From NCBI GenBank assembly GCA_963703035.1, contig OY969780.1, positions 969,644-1,033,643 on the forward strand: a stretch of 64,000 nt of DNA, read 5' to 3'. The notes under the pieces are model-generated. The model made no database searches. It was not told the origin of the DNA and worked only from the letters and a program-made list of their open reading frames with translations. Below, piece after piece: positions 27,956-37,674 of this stretch. Source of the stretch: an uncultured Acidobacteriaceae bacterium. GTDB taxonomy: Bacteria; Acidobacteriota; Terriglobia; Bryobacterales; Bryobacteraceae. Numbering within the stretch: the first letter of the stretch is position 1; each line of letters starts with the position of its first letter. The position numbers and the translations under genes are program-made.

Positions 27956-30900
27956 CTAATTCTGTGATGTATTCAGTCCCGCGCGCTGGTTGCTGCGCTG
28001 CTTGACGTTCTCTCCTACCGTATGCAGAGAGCGCAAAACTGCCGGCCAGTCTTCCAAATGCGTTGCAAAAATATTCTCGATCATCGAACGGTTCCACTCC
28101 GGTACGTAGGAGTCCAGCTCCTCGATCGGCGCACCCACTTCATCCGCCAGCGTGGCGTAGTAGAGGTTGTCCGATTCCCAGCTCTCCGCAAGAATCCGGC
28201 TTGAGTAGCCCATCAGCGCTGGAAACGTGCGCAGATACAAAAGGCCCGGCCGGTATGAGTGCGTGAGCGTCGGTTTCGGCGTGCCGAATGAGCGCGCCAT
28301 CGCATCGCGCGTCAGGTCCGGATTGTTCTGCTCCGCCAAAGCCGCAATCGCGCTCGATGCTGCGTCGGGGGAAACGTCTCGAAGAGCCGCATCCTGCGCC
28401 AGTGCGTAGAGTTCTGACGTCGGCACTTGCGAGACTGCCTTCCGGAAATCTCCCGCATTCAGTTCATCTCGCAGGCGCTCCACTCGCGCAGGCGTCGCGA
28501 ACCGCCCATACGCTTCAAAAACCCGCCCCTGCAGTGACGGATCCAAAGCGGCTGCCGCCAGCAGGTTCCGCCCCCGCTGGACGTGCAGCGACACCCAGCG
28601 CACTTGCTCCGCTTTCACATTCCTCCATCTGGTCACCGTCACATCCACAATCATCTGCGGCACCAGATCTGCCCAAATCAGCGCTTGCTCGCGCTTCGGC
28701 GTCAAAAAGTTTTGCTCGGCTTCGGCGATCGCGTAGGGAATCGCCACCAGCGATCCCATCAGCCGTCCGCCCGAGCTTGCCGGCCATCCACTTCCAGTAA
28801 TTTCCGTCGGGCGCCACGAAGCTGGTGTCTCCGGAGGACCAATGAAATCGTGGCCTCGCACGAACAGCGGATTCGTCAACAGTAACTGCGCCCCCGCCGG
28901 AGCATAGTAACAGTACACAAGCCCTACCAAAGAGTCCCGCAGGAATGGCGCAAGCAGCGTCTGCGCATCCTTCTTTCCAGAGTTCTTCGCCAAGTCCTCG
29001 AAGCTAACCTTTTTCTCCTCGCCAATGTGTCGTTCGCTCCAGTAACCCACTGACATCGCGCTCTTCTCCGCCGATGAAAGCGAGCCGCGCAGCGATTCGG
29101 TATCCTCCAGACGCCCCAGTTGCTCGTCGATTTTCTTCATCGTCTTCGGGTCCAGCGAGCCCTTCCCCATCAGATCCGCCACCGTGAATAGGCTATCCAG
29201 AGGAATCAAACGCTGCGCGTCAAAAATGCGCAAGAAACTTTCCGATGGCGAGTAAGCTCCGGGCCCTACCGGCCCGTGCACCTTGCCGACTAGCAGTTCG
29301 ACCATTTGCTCGTGCAGGGATCCGCTCGGCCGAACCTGTACCGCCGATAACAGCGCCTCTACTCCCGACCGCCCCGCCGCGAACACCTCCGCCTCCTGCT
29401 TCACGTGATCAAAAGGTTCGATCACCTTCGCAAAGGTTGCGTCGACTGAATTCGGCCCAATTGCATTCTGGCGCGCGAGGATATCCCACAGCTCGATTAG
29501 CGCCTGCACGGTCCCGATCGCGTCGGCTTTCGCGAGCCCATCATGCATGGCCGAGAGGTCCGTGCACGTATCCAGATAGTGCTCGATCGACGCCTCGCTT
29601 AACAGGGGCTCGTCCGCGAACACGACATACTGTGCCCCATAGCGTCTATAACCCGCTATCAGCCGCGCTGCCAGTTGCGCCGACATCGGCTTCGGCCGGT
29701 TGCGGTCCACATCGTTCAGCGTCAGAAAGATTTTTAGCGGTTCATTTTCAACCGTCTTCCGGCTGAGCCCGAACAGCGCTTCCAAAAGATCATCGCTCGT
29801 TTTCCACGAACTCGCGGATCGCGTCAGCCGGCCGTCATACTTCCCATGCGGGTGCTTGATGAACAGATTCCGCCAAACATCCAGGTTGCCCGGAACGTGA
29901 GGCTGTCCGTTCGCATCAATTCGGAGTGACGTGGTCAGCAATAACAACTCGGTGCTCGAGCGGAAAACAGGTCGCGCCGGTCCCGGGCTGGTGATCTTCC
30001 CGCGTAGCGCTTCATAAAACCGCTTCATGCGCTCCGGTTGCGCCAAATAGGCCACAGTCGGCCCGTTCATTCGCGATAGCGCATCGAAGTAACTCGCCAG
30101 CCATCCGTCGTCGACAGCGATCAGCTTGTCGAAAAACGCCCCCGGGTTGCTCGGCGGCACTCCCACCAGCGAAGCCCAAACTTTCGGCGAGCCAGGCACA
30201 GCGGCAGCCCCGTTCCGGATCTGAAACATGCTGCCGAAGAAATCTAAGACGTGTGCGTAAATCTTGAGCTTGGCCGCCGATGCTTCCCGGCGCAAAGCCT
30301 CCGCCGTCTCGCGATCTAACCGCGATAGTCCCAGATACAAGCGGCACAGCGATGGATCGGAAAGGAACGCGTCGACAAAATCGGCCTGCCCCGTCTTCCC
30401 CAGCGCCGACAACCAGTACTCCGCGTTATATAAAACAGGCACCTGCGTGGACGCAAACGCCAACTCGAAACGCCGGTTCGCGCGAAGGTCCTGCTCCAGC
30501 TGCGTTAACGGAAATCCCGAATCGATCGTGAGAAAAGCCCGTGTCGCATTCACCGTCTCGAGAACGATGTCCGCCCCGCACGATCCGCGCATGCGATACC
30601 CCAGCGTCTTCAGCAACCGCCCCGTTTCTTCGCTGTCGCAAGTCGGGATCACGATCTTCCGGTCCTTGTTCGTCATCGCCTGTAATTCCCGAGCCTGTCC
30701 TATATACCGGATCAGCAATCGCAGGTATTCGGTCTGTACCAAAGCTTCATTCCCCGAGGCTTCGTAACCATTCGTCACAACATTCCGCGCCAGAGACGGA
30801 AGCAGATCTTCAGGCGCGAGTTCGGGTGACAGCGCCGCCATGCGCGCAAATGAAGAAAGCGGGCCCGGAATCGTCACTGTGCTGAAGAGGTTCACGGGCG

Positions 30901-31330
30901 TCTTTCTCGCCGGCATGTTCAAATCGTCGCCGCCCGCCCCCCGGTACTGCTTCAGATCGCTCGAGAGTTCTGTGTCCCGTCCTTGCATGAAATCCAACAG
31001 GACCGCTTGCCGCAATGCCAATTTCCGCTTCGCCGGATCATTCTCTTCGGCAGCCCACTTCAAGTACGCGTCCCTGCTCCCCGGATCGCCATGCCGCTCG
31101 AGAAATTCCGCTAGAGCAGCCGCGCCTGCGCTGTTTCCCGGCTTCGCCGCTGCTTCTTCCAGAACCGACCGCGCGCCCGGCAAGTCGCCGCTCGATTCGT
31201 GCTGCATCACCTGTTGCTGCAAGTCCCCTGGTGAGGCGCCGCGCATCGGCCCCATCGCAATGCAGCCGAAAGTCGCGGCCAGCGCGACGTAGAAAAAAGT
31301 TCTTCCGGCAGAATCAGCTTTCATACCCAC
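27956..31330 (-). CDS. Large secreted hypothetical protein, 1124 aa
   Basis: Uninterrupted ORF with an N-terminal hydrophobic signal-like segment. It ends 10 nt before the VWA gene. No family recognised. Confidence 0.65.
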   Translation of the reverse strand: MGMKADSAGRTFFYVALAATFGCIAMGPMRGASPGDLQQQVMQHESSGDLPGARSVLEEAAAKPGNSAGAAALAEFLERHGDPGSRDAYLKWAAEENDPAKRKLALRQAVLLDFMQGRDTELSSDLKQYRGAGGDDLNMPARKTPVNLFSTVTIPGPLSSFARMAALSPELAPEDLLPSLARNVVTNGYEASGNEALVQTEYLRLLIRYIGQARELQAMTNKDRKIVIPTCDSEETGRLLKTLGYRMRGSCGADIVLETVNATRAFLTIDSGFPLTQLEQDLRANRRFELAFASTQVPVLYNAEYWLSALGKTGQADFVDAFLSDPSLCRLYLGLSRLDRETAEALRREASAAKLKIYAHVLDFFGSMFQIRNGAAAVPGSPKVWASLVGVPPSNPGAFFDKLIAVDDGWLASYFDALSRMNGPTVAYLAQPERMKRFYEALRGKITSPGPARPVFRSSTELLLLTTSLRIDANGQPHVPGNLDVWRNLFIKHPHGKYDGRLTRSASSWKTSDDLLEALFGLSRKTVENEPLKIFLTLNDVDRNRPKPMSAQLAARLIAGYRRYGAQYVVFADEPLLSEASIEHYLDTCTDLSAMHDGLAKADAIGTVQALIELWDILARQNAIGPNSVDATFAKVIEPFDHVKQEAEVFAAGRSGVEALLSAVQVRPSGSLHEQMVELLVGKVHGPVGPGAYSPSESFLRIFDAQRLIPLDSLFTVADLMGKGSLDPKTMKKIDEQLGRLEDTESLRGSLSSAEKSAMSVGYWSERHIGEEKKVSFEDLAKNSGKKDAQTLLAPFLRDSLVGLVYCYYAPAGAQLLLTNPLFVRGHDFIGPPETPASWRPTEITGSGWPASSGGRLMGSLVAIPYAIAEAEQNFLTPKREQALIWADLVPQMIVDVTVTRWRNVKAEQVRWVSLHVQRGRNLLAAAALDPSLQGRVFEAYGRFATPARVERLRDELNAGDFRKAVSQVPTSELYALAQDAALRDVSPDAASSAIAALAEQNNPDLTRDAMARSFGTPKPTLTHSYRPGLLYLRTFPALMGYSSRILAESWESDNLYYATLADEVGAPIEELDSYVPEWNRSMIENIFATHLEDWPAVLRSLHTVGENVKQRSNQRAGLNTSQN

Positions 31331-31393
31331 AGCAGTTCACCTACGCCCGTCGTTCAATATAGCTAGGTTTTCTACTCTACCATTTATCGCCCG

Positions 31394-32461
31394 TCAACGG
31401 CGCTCCTGGACGATAGTCACTTCAACCGGCAGCGTGTAATGCACCGCATAGCTTCCGTAATTCCGGTCATGCTCCTGCGGCTGCGCCGCCCCACTGGCAT
31501 CCATAGCTTTGGCAAGCAACGTGGTACGCGTGCTTTGCGCCGGGGTGCGCCATTCACATTCCCACCGGCGCCATGCATAGTGCTGCGCCTCATCCATGAA
31601 CCGAACCGCCTGCCAGTTCCGTCCGGCATCCACGCTCACCTCTACACTTGTGATATCCGACTCGCCTGACCACGCGGCTCCCACCACCCGATACACGCTG
31701 TTTGCCGGGACAATTTCACCCCAACGCGGCCGCGCGATCTGCGATTTCACCATCATCGCCGTGAGCGGATGCCGCACGACATTCTCTGCGTCCCCATTCC
31801 AATACGCATACTCGGTAGTTTGCCAATAGCCCTGAAACGGCTCGTGCATCACCCGAATGTGCGTCAGCCACTTCACCGAAGCCATCGCGTAATACCCCGG
31901 CACAATCGCGCGCGCCGGATACCCATGCTCGGCTGCCAGATCGGCGCCGTTCATCTTGTAGGCCACCAGCACTTCCGGTTGCATAGCTTTGTCGATCGGC
32001 AAGCTTCGCGCAAAGCGGATTGAGCCTGGCGGCTTGGGCCCATTCGACGGCTCGCCTCGATCCGCGCCTTCGAGTACTACCTCGCTTGCGCCATCTATAG
32101 GTTGAGCCCGGTTCAGCAGCTCTCTTAATGGCACACCCGTCCACTCGGCTGTCCCCACCGCGCCGACCACCCACTGCACGCCGCTCTCCCGCGGGATCAA
32201 AAAACTCCGGCTATTTCCCGCACACTCGAGCGTAACCACGCGCGTCTGCGATCCCATGCTGCGTAACTCCTCGTAGCCGATACGAAACGGATTCTTTACA
32301 TCTCCGTCGATCCGCAGCTCATACCCCGCAGCGTCGAGCCTTGGAATCGGGAAGTGATTCCGGACGTAAAACAACTCATTCGGCGTCAGAAAACCATCGA
32401 GCGCATCAAACGGCGACTCGAGATTCAGCGGTTCTCTCTCGCGAACAATCAAGAACAACAA
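31394..32461 (-). CDS. Sulfite oxidase-family molybdopterin oxidoreductase
   Basis: FYVRNHFP, the LECAGNSR cysteine-ligand motif, and a C-terminal Mo-co dimerisation-like domain. No obvious signal peptide. Confidence 0.82.
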   Translation of the reverse strand: MLFLIVREREPLNLESPFDALDGFLTPNELFYVRNHFPIPRLDAAGYELRIDGDVKNPFRIGYEELRSMGSQTRVVTLECAGNSRSFLIPRESGVQWVVGAVGTAEWTGVPLRELLNRAQPIDGASEVVLEGADRGEPSNGPKPPGSIRFARSLPIDKAMQPEVLVAYKMNGADLAAEHGYPARAIVPGYYAMASVKWLTHIRVMHEPFQGYWQTTEYAYWNGDAENVVRHPLTAMMVKSQIARPRWGEIVPANSVYRVVGAAWSGESDITSVEVSVDAGRNWQAVRFMDEAQHYAWRRWECEWRTPAQSTRTTLLAKAMDASGAAQPQEHDRNYGSYAVHYTLPVEVTIVQERR

Positions 32462-32476
32462 TGATACGTTACCGTC

Positions 32477-34132
32477 ATGCGCCTCAGATCATGCTCCTCC
32501 GGCCGCCTCGGATTCCTCCTCTTCTCAGCCGCCCTCGCCTGCACCATGGCCCAGGCAAGCCGCGCACCCGTGCCGCCCGAGATCGCTCACGGATACAACA
32601 CAATCACCGAAACAGACTTGAGAGCCGATCTCCAATTCATCGCCTCAGACGCGCTCGAAGGCCGCATGTCTCTTCAGCCCGGCGATGATGCCGCAGCACA
32701 GTGGATTGCCTCCGAGTTCGCAAAAGACGGGCTCACGCCGCCCGCCTCGGGCAGTTACTTTCAGCCCGTTCCCCTCACCGAATTTCGGGCCGACCGCGCC
32801 CGCTCTTATGTCGCGCTCAAGCGCGGCACAACCGAAAAGCAATGGAAATTTCCCGACGCCTATGGCGCGTTCCCGCGAGACGTCGATGTCACCGCAAATC
32901 TCATCTTCGCCGGATTCGGAATCACGGCGCCTGAGCTCAACTACGACGATTACGCGGGCATCGACGCGAACGGGAAAATCGTTCTACTCTTCGATCATGA
33001 GCCGCAAGAAACCGATCCGCACTCCATCTTCAACGGTACCGGCAACACTCGGTACGCGACCACCCGCGTCAAGGTCTTGAATGCCCAGAAACACGGAGCC
33101 CTAGGCGTGCTCATCGTCGCCGAGCCGAACCGGAAGCATCCCTCTAACCAGGAAAGAATGGCTCGCATAGGCGGCACCACCACACGCGCCATTCCGCTCC
33201 CCGCGCAAGCTTTGGCCGATGATGAGCTGCACACTCCCTCCGCGATCATTTCAGATGCCATCGCTCGGGAACTCTTGGCGACTGCCGGCGCAAGTCCCTC
33301 GGATCTGCAAACCGTTATCGACCGCGATCTCAAGCCGCAGTCGCGGCCTCTTCCCGACACCACCGTCACGATTTATTTCCGCAATCTGTCCACCCGATCG
33401 GGAACCACCTACAACGTCGCCGGACTTCTCGAAGGCAGCGATCCGAACATTAAGACCGAAACCATATTGATCAGCGCGCACCACGACCACGACGGCAAAA
33501 GCCTCGATCAGATCTGGCATGGCGCAGACGACAATGGCTCAGGAACGGTAGGCGTCGTCGAACTGGCGCGCGCTTTCAGCGCTAACCCCGCGAAACCGAA
33601 GCGTTCCATCCTCTTCGTAGTCTTCGCCGCCGAGGAGCGAGGCTTGCTCGGATCTTTCTATATGACCCAGCATCCTCTGCGCCCCCTCGCTACCACCCGC
33701 GCCATGATCAATTTCGATATGATCGGGCGCGATGAAACGCCCAGCAACCAGACCAACGGCCTGATCGATATCCCATCCGACACGACCAATCGCCTCAATC
33801 TGATCGGCGCAACCTACAGTCCCGATTACAACCGCACCGTTCAACAAGAGGACCGGTACGTCGGGCTAACGCTTGACTATCGATTCGATCACGAATCGGC
33901 GCTCAACATTTTCTTCCGCAGCGACCAGTTCCCGTTCGTGCTGCATAACGTCCCCGCCTTCTGGTGGTTCACAGGCTTCCATCCCGATTACCACCACATC
34001 ACCGACACAGCCGACAAGATTGACTATGGAAAGATGGCCAAAATCCTGCGCCTTGCCTATCTCTCGGCATGGCAATTTGCAAACGAGCCGACTCCGCCGC
34101 GCTTCATCGAGAACCCCGCCGGCCGAACCTGA
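32477..34132 (+). CDS. M28 family metallopeptidase with PA domain
   Basis: Signal peptide, SAHHDHDG and GADDNGSGTVGVVELARAF. Confidence 0.85.
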   Translation: MRLRSCSSGRLGFLLFSAALACTMAQASRAPVPPEIAHGYNTITETDLRADLQFIASDALEGRMSLQPGDDAAAQWIASEFAKDGLTPPASGSYFQPVPLTEFRADRARSYVALKRGTTEKQWKFPDAYGAFPRDVDVTANLIFAGFGITAPELNYDDYAGIDANGKIVLLFDHEPQETDPHSIFNGTGNTRYATTRVKVLNAQKHGALGVLIVAEPNRKHPSNQERMARIGGTTTRAIPLPAQALADDELHTPSAIISDAIARELLATAGASPSDLQTVIDRDLKPQSRPLPDTTVTIYFRNLSTRSGTTYNVAGLLEGSDPNIKTETILISAHHDHDGKSLDQIWHGADDNGSGTVGVVELARAFSANPAKPKRSILFVVFAAEERGLLGSFYMTQHPLRPLATTRAMINFDMIGRDETPSNQTNGLIDIPSDTTNRLNLIGATYSPDYNRTVQQEDRYVGLTLDYRFDHESALNIFFRSDQFPFVLHNVPAFWWFTGFHPDYHHITDTADKIDYGKMAKILRLAYLSAWQFANEPTPPRFIENPAGRT

Positions 34133-34168
34133 CGCGGCAGGTCGAAAGATCTTACTCGCATACAGACA

Positions 34169-34489
34169 TTACCGCCGGCTCCTCCGCTTCTTCACATCGG
34201 GGTAAAGGCAGCTCGTTAGGTCATTCGGATAGGCGATACCAACGCTGCCCACGGAGACCTGCAGGTCGGCATCCGCCGATTCCCTGAAGATTCGTGGGTC
34301 ACGACGAAGCCGGCATTCTTCTTGCGAGCCGGAGAGGCGCACGATGATCGCTGTGTCCTCGATTCGTGTGACACGGCCATAAAGTTCGTACTGAGCGGCA
34401 AGCCGCCCATCATAGTCGAGATGCGTGAGTGAGATGTGAACCGATTTCCCGATGAGTTCGGGTAAGGAAAGCGGTGGGCGCGAGTTCAA
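34169..34489 (-). CDS. Hypothetical protein, 106 aa
   Basis: ORF only; no recognisable motif. Confidence 0.4.
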   Translation of the reverse strand: MNSRPPLSLPELIGKSVHISLTHLDYDGRLAAQYELYGRVTRIEDTAIIVRLSGSQEECRLRRDPRIFRESADADLQVSVGSVGIAYPNDLTSCLYPDVKKRRSRR

Positions 34490-34568
34490 GGAAGTGCTGC
34501 CGTTCCACTGCTAAGACCTTTTGATTTAGGGTTTCACGACAGCCAAATCAAATTATGTCTGGTGGTTT

Positions 34569-37500
34569 TTAGAAAGAGAACTTGAGATTGATCTCAATCG
34601 TCCTTGGGCCGCCCGATTGAAAAAGCGGAGTAAGTCCGTTCGTCGGACTGCCCGAGCCCAGCATCAAATTCTGCATCGAAGCGGGCTGGCCGAATAACGC
34701 GCTTCCAAAATAGCCGATGGGAGTTGAAAAATTTGCCTGATTGAAAAGATTGAACGCGTTCACGCCCAAATCAAGAGAAGTCGAGCCGAACAGCCGGAAC
34801 TGACGCCGCAAGCTCGAGTCAATCTGAAATAGACCGGGTCCCATTAGCACATTTCTCCCGAGCGTTCCATTAGTAAGTCCGGCCGCCGATGCAAACGCCG
34901 CTGGATTCAACTCCCGGCCGCCTGGAACCGAGTTGTTCTTGATCCAGATCGGTACGCCAGGGGCCAAGTCCGCTCGCCCGGTGTTTGCAAAAGCCAAACC
35001 AATGCTTCTATCTGTTGTCGTCACGTCGAACGGGAACCCTGTGCGGGCCTGTAACGTGGAACTCAGGTTCCAGTCGCGAAACCAGGTCCCGCGCAAGCCA
35101 CTCGCGTGCCAGGAAGGGAGCCGGTAGCTGATGGATGCGTTCAGATTATGCCGGACGTCGAAATTGGACGAGCCTCGATCGTCCGCGTTGCTGGAGCCGG
35201 GCGGAACCAGGAAAATCGAGGAACCTTGAGAGCCGGTATCAATTGAATGACCCCAGGTGTAGGAGACCAACGTGTAAAGATTGGATGTCAAGTTGCCCGT
35301 GAACTGTGCCTGAAACGCCTCGTAATCAGACGTGCCGTAACTCGTAAAAGAGGTTTCCTGCAGAAGTGTGCCGGCTGGATCGACAGTCCCGTCCAAGCGG
35401 AGCAGTCTGCGACCCGCGGAGCCCACGTACGCGAGTGAAAGCGTGGACCGCCCCTCGATGGACTTTTCAATCGAAGTTCGCCACTCCCATACTTTGGGCA
35501 GGAAAAGCGGCGGCGCTTCTGCGAAAGGCCCCTCGTATACCGGGGTGGCATTGCTGCGGGAAGGCAAGTACTGCCACATATTCAACGGTGAAAGATTGAC
35601 AGCAAAAAGAAGCGATCCGAGAGCATCGTCATAAAAAACTCCGGCACCCGCGCGAAAGACCAGATCGGGTCGCTTGAAGTGATACGCCAGTCCGAGTCGT
35701 GGGGCAAACTGCGTGTAATGCCAAGTCCAGTTCGATTCATTGAGGGCGGAAAATCCTCCGGCCGGCTGAAAGGCGGTATTAGGGCCGCTCCAAGCACCAG
35801 CCGCTGCTAAACCGGTTGCCGACGATATAGTCTTGGGAGGCGTGAATTCCCATCGGAATCCGTAGAGAAGAGATAGCCGGTCATTTACATGGAACGTGTC
35901 TTGCGCAAAGGCTGATCCCATAGGAATCTGGCCGGTGAAGATGGTCGGCTTCCCGAAAGACGCGGTCACGCCGAGAGGATCTCCTCGAAGGAGCGCTTCC
36001 ACTCCTGCTGAAACGATCGATGTAGTCCAAAAAAAGTCGCCTAGCTCGGTTCGCGGCAGCAACCGAATGTAATCGGCGCCGAGGCGCAAGTCGTGTGCGC
36101 CATGCTGCCTCGCAAACGTATAGGCTCCCTCCCATTGATTCTGATACGTGCGCTCTGCCGTACCGGAAGCCAGTTGTCCTATGCCCGCGATCGACAGAGC
36201 AGTGATCCTCCGCGGATTGGCGGGAACGATAACAGGAGGGCCCTGCGAAATTATTATCTCGATCTCTTGGGGTAGCGGATAAGAGAAGGCATCAAATGCG
36301 GCTTGTTCGCGAACTGAATTGGCGCTCCACTGCGACGTGTCTAGTACGCGCGAAAAATTAAAGCGAAAATCGTGAATCGCTCCTTTCCATTCCATGGTCG
36401 AGCCCACGGTTGCGGTGAGCGAATGGAATACTGCGTTTGTGGTTTCGAGTTGTTCTGTTATCGACCGCGAAGGAACGTAGGCATAACGTGCAAAGAGCCG
36501 CCCTTTCTGGCCCAGTATCTGGTCGATTCGCGCGCTGTAATTTTCAACCGATGCTTGTTTTTCAAGCGGCAGGGTAGCCAGAGACTCGTCCGGACGTAAA
36601 CTCGGGACCGCCGGCAACGGAAATGCATTGAGTAGAAGCGCGTATGGATTTCCCTTGGCGGCGCGAGCGGATACCGATGGAACCGGCATGAGCTGCAGCG
36701 CCGTATCGTCGACGTTGACGTTTTCGACCGCCGCAAAGAAGAAAGTGCTGTTCGAAAGCAACGGCCCTCCCAGGCTCCCTCCGTAGCCGTTCAAGGATGC
36801 AGGCTGTAACGGCGAATCATACTTTTGCGCAAACCAATCCGAGCTGTCCAGCTGTCCAGGCCGGATATAGGCGAACGCGCCCCCATGAAAATCGTTCGAG
36901 CCCGAGCGTGTTTCGATACGGATCTGTGCGCCGGGCCGGTCGCCGTACTCGGGCGCAAAATCCGAAGAGCGAAGCTCTACTCGTTGAATCTCCTCCTTAG
37001 AAGCCAAATCCTGCGTGCTTCCAATCACCGTCATGCCTGGCAAGCTCGATCCCGGATAGGTCCCGGGTGTCGCGGACACGCCAAGGCCAGTGTTGCCGCT
37101 GACTCCATCGACGCGAACTGTGTTTGTATTCGGCCGCTGACCATTCACTGTGAATTGGCCGCCATCCCCAGCCGATGCCGGCGTCACCGTCGACCCCGGT
37201 ACGAGTCCGTAGAAGGCATGGAGATCGCGTCCGTTCGCCGGCAGCGTACTCGTCGCAGACTGCCGGCTCACTGCTAAACCGTTACCGGCCGGGTCGCTCT
37301 CGTCGCGTGTGCTCTGTACCGTAATTTCCTGCTGCAAGGGCAAGAGCTCGATCATGAAATCGGCCACCCGGGTTTGTTCCGGCTGCACGCTGACGCCCGT
37401 TTGCGTAACCGTTCGAAATCCATGGGCGCGAATGGTGATCTTATACTTAGCCGGAGCGAGCTCCGCGCTCATATACCGGCCCTGCGCGTCGCAGAAGGTC

Positions 37501-37661
37501 TTCTGCCGCGCACCGGTCGCCTCGCTTTGAATCTGCAGTTCCGCCCCGGGTATCACTGCACCCGAGCGATCCCGAACCACTCCACTGAGAAACCCGCCCG
37601 CGTGTGCAAAAAGCGACGGACCCACTGCAGTCACGAGAATGAGGCAGGTCTTCAGGAGCAT
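34569..37661 (-). CDS. TonB-dependent receptor-like outer membrane protein with N-terminal carboxypeptidase-regulatory-like domain
   Basis: Signal peptide, then GVVRDRSGAVIPGAELQIQSEATG (CarboxypepD_reg), a long beta-barrel region and the terminal aromatic residue ...NLKFSF. Confidence 0.82.
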   Translation of the reverse strand: MLLKTCLILVTAVGPSLFAHAGGFLSGVVRDRSGAVIPGAELQIQSEATGARQKTFCDAQGRYMSAELAPAKYKITIRAHGFRTVTQTGVSVQPEQTRVADFMIELLPLQQEITVQSTRDESDPAGNGLAVSRQSATSTLPANGRDLHAFYGLVPGSTVTPASAGDGGQFTVNGQRPNTNTVRVDGVSGNTGLGVSATPGTYPGSSLPGMTVIGSTQDLASKEEIQRVELRSSDFAPEYGDRPGAQIRIETRSGSNDFHGGAFAYIRPGQLDSSDWFAQKYDSPLQPASLNGYGGSLGGPLLSNSTFFFAAVENVNVDDTALQLMPVPSVSARAAKGNPYALLLNAFPLPAVPSLRPDESLATLPLEKQASVENYSARIDQILGQKGRLFARYAYVPSRSITEQLETTNAVFHSLTATVGSTMEWKGAIHDFRFNFSRVLDTSQWSANSVREQAAFDAFSYPLPQEIEIIISQGPPVIVPANPRRITALSIAGIGQLASGTAERTYQNQWEGAYTFARQHGAHDLRLGADYIRLLPRTELGDFFWTTSIVSAGVEALLRGDPLGVTASFGKPTIFTGQIPMGSAFAQDTFHVNDRLSLLYGFRWEFTPPKTISSATGLAAAGAWSGPNTAFQPAGGFSALNESNWTWHYTQFAPRLGLAYHFKRPDLVFRAGAGVFYDDALGSLLFAVNLSPLNMWQYLPSRSNATPVYEGPFAEAPPLFLPKVWEWRTSIEKSIEGRSTLSLAYVGSAGRRLLRLDGTVDPAGTLLQETSFTSYGTSDYEAFQAQFTGNLTSNLYTLVSYTWGHSIDTGSQGSSIFLVPPGSSNADDRGSSNFDVRHNLNASISYRLPSWHASGLRGTWFRDWNLSSTLQARTGFPFDVTTTDRSIGLAFANTGRADLAPGVPIWIKNNSVPGGRELNPAAFASAAGLTNGTLGRNVLMGPGLFQIDSSLRRQFRLFGSTSLDLGVNAFNLFNQANFSTPIGYFGSALFGQPASMQNLMLGSGSPTNGLTPLFQSGGPRTIEINLKFSF

Positions 37662-37674
37662 TCAACTCTGGTTC

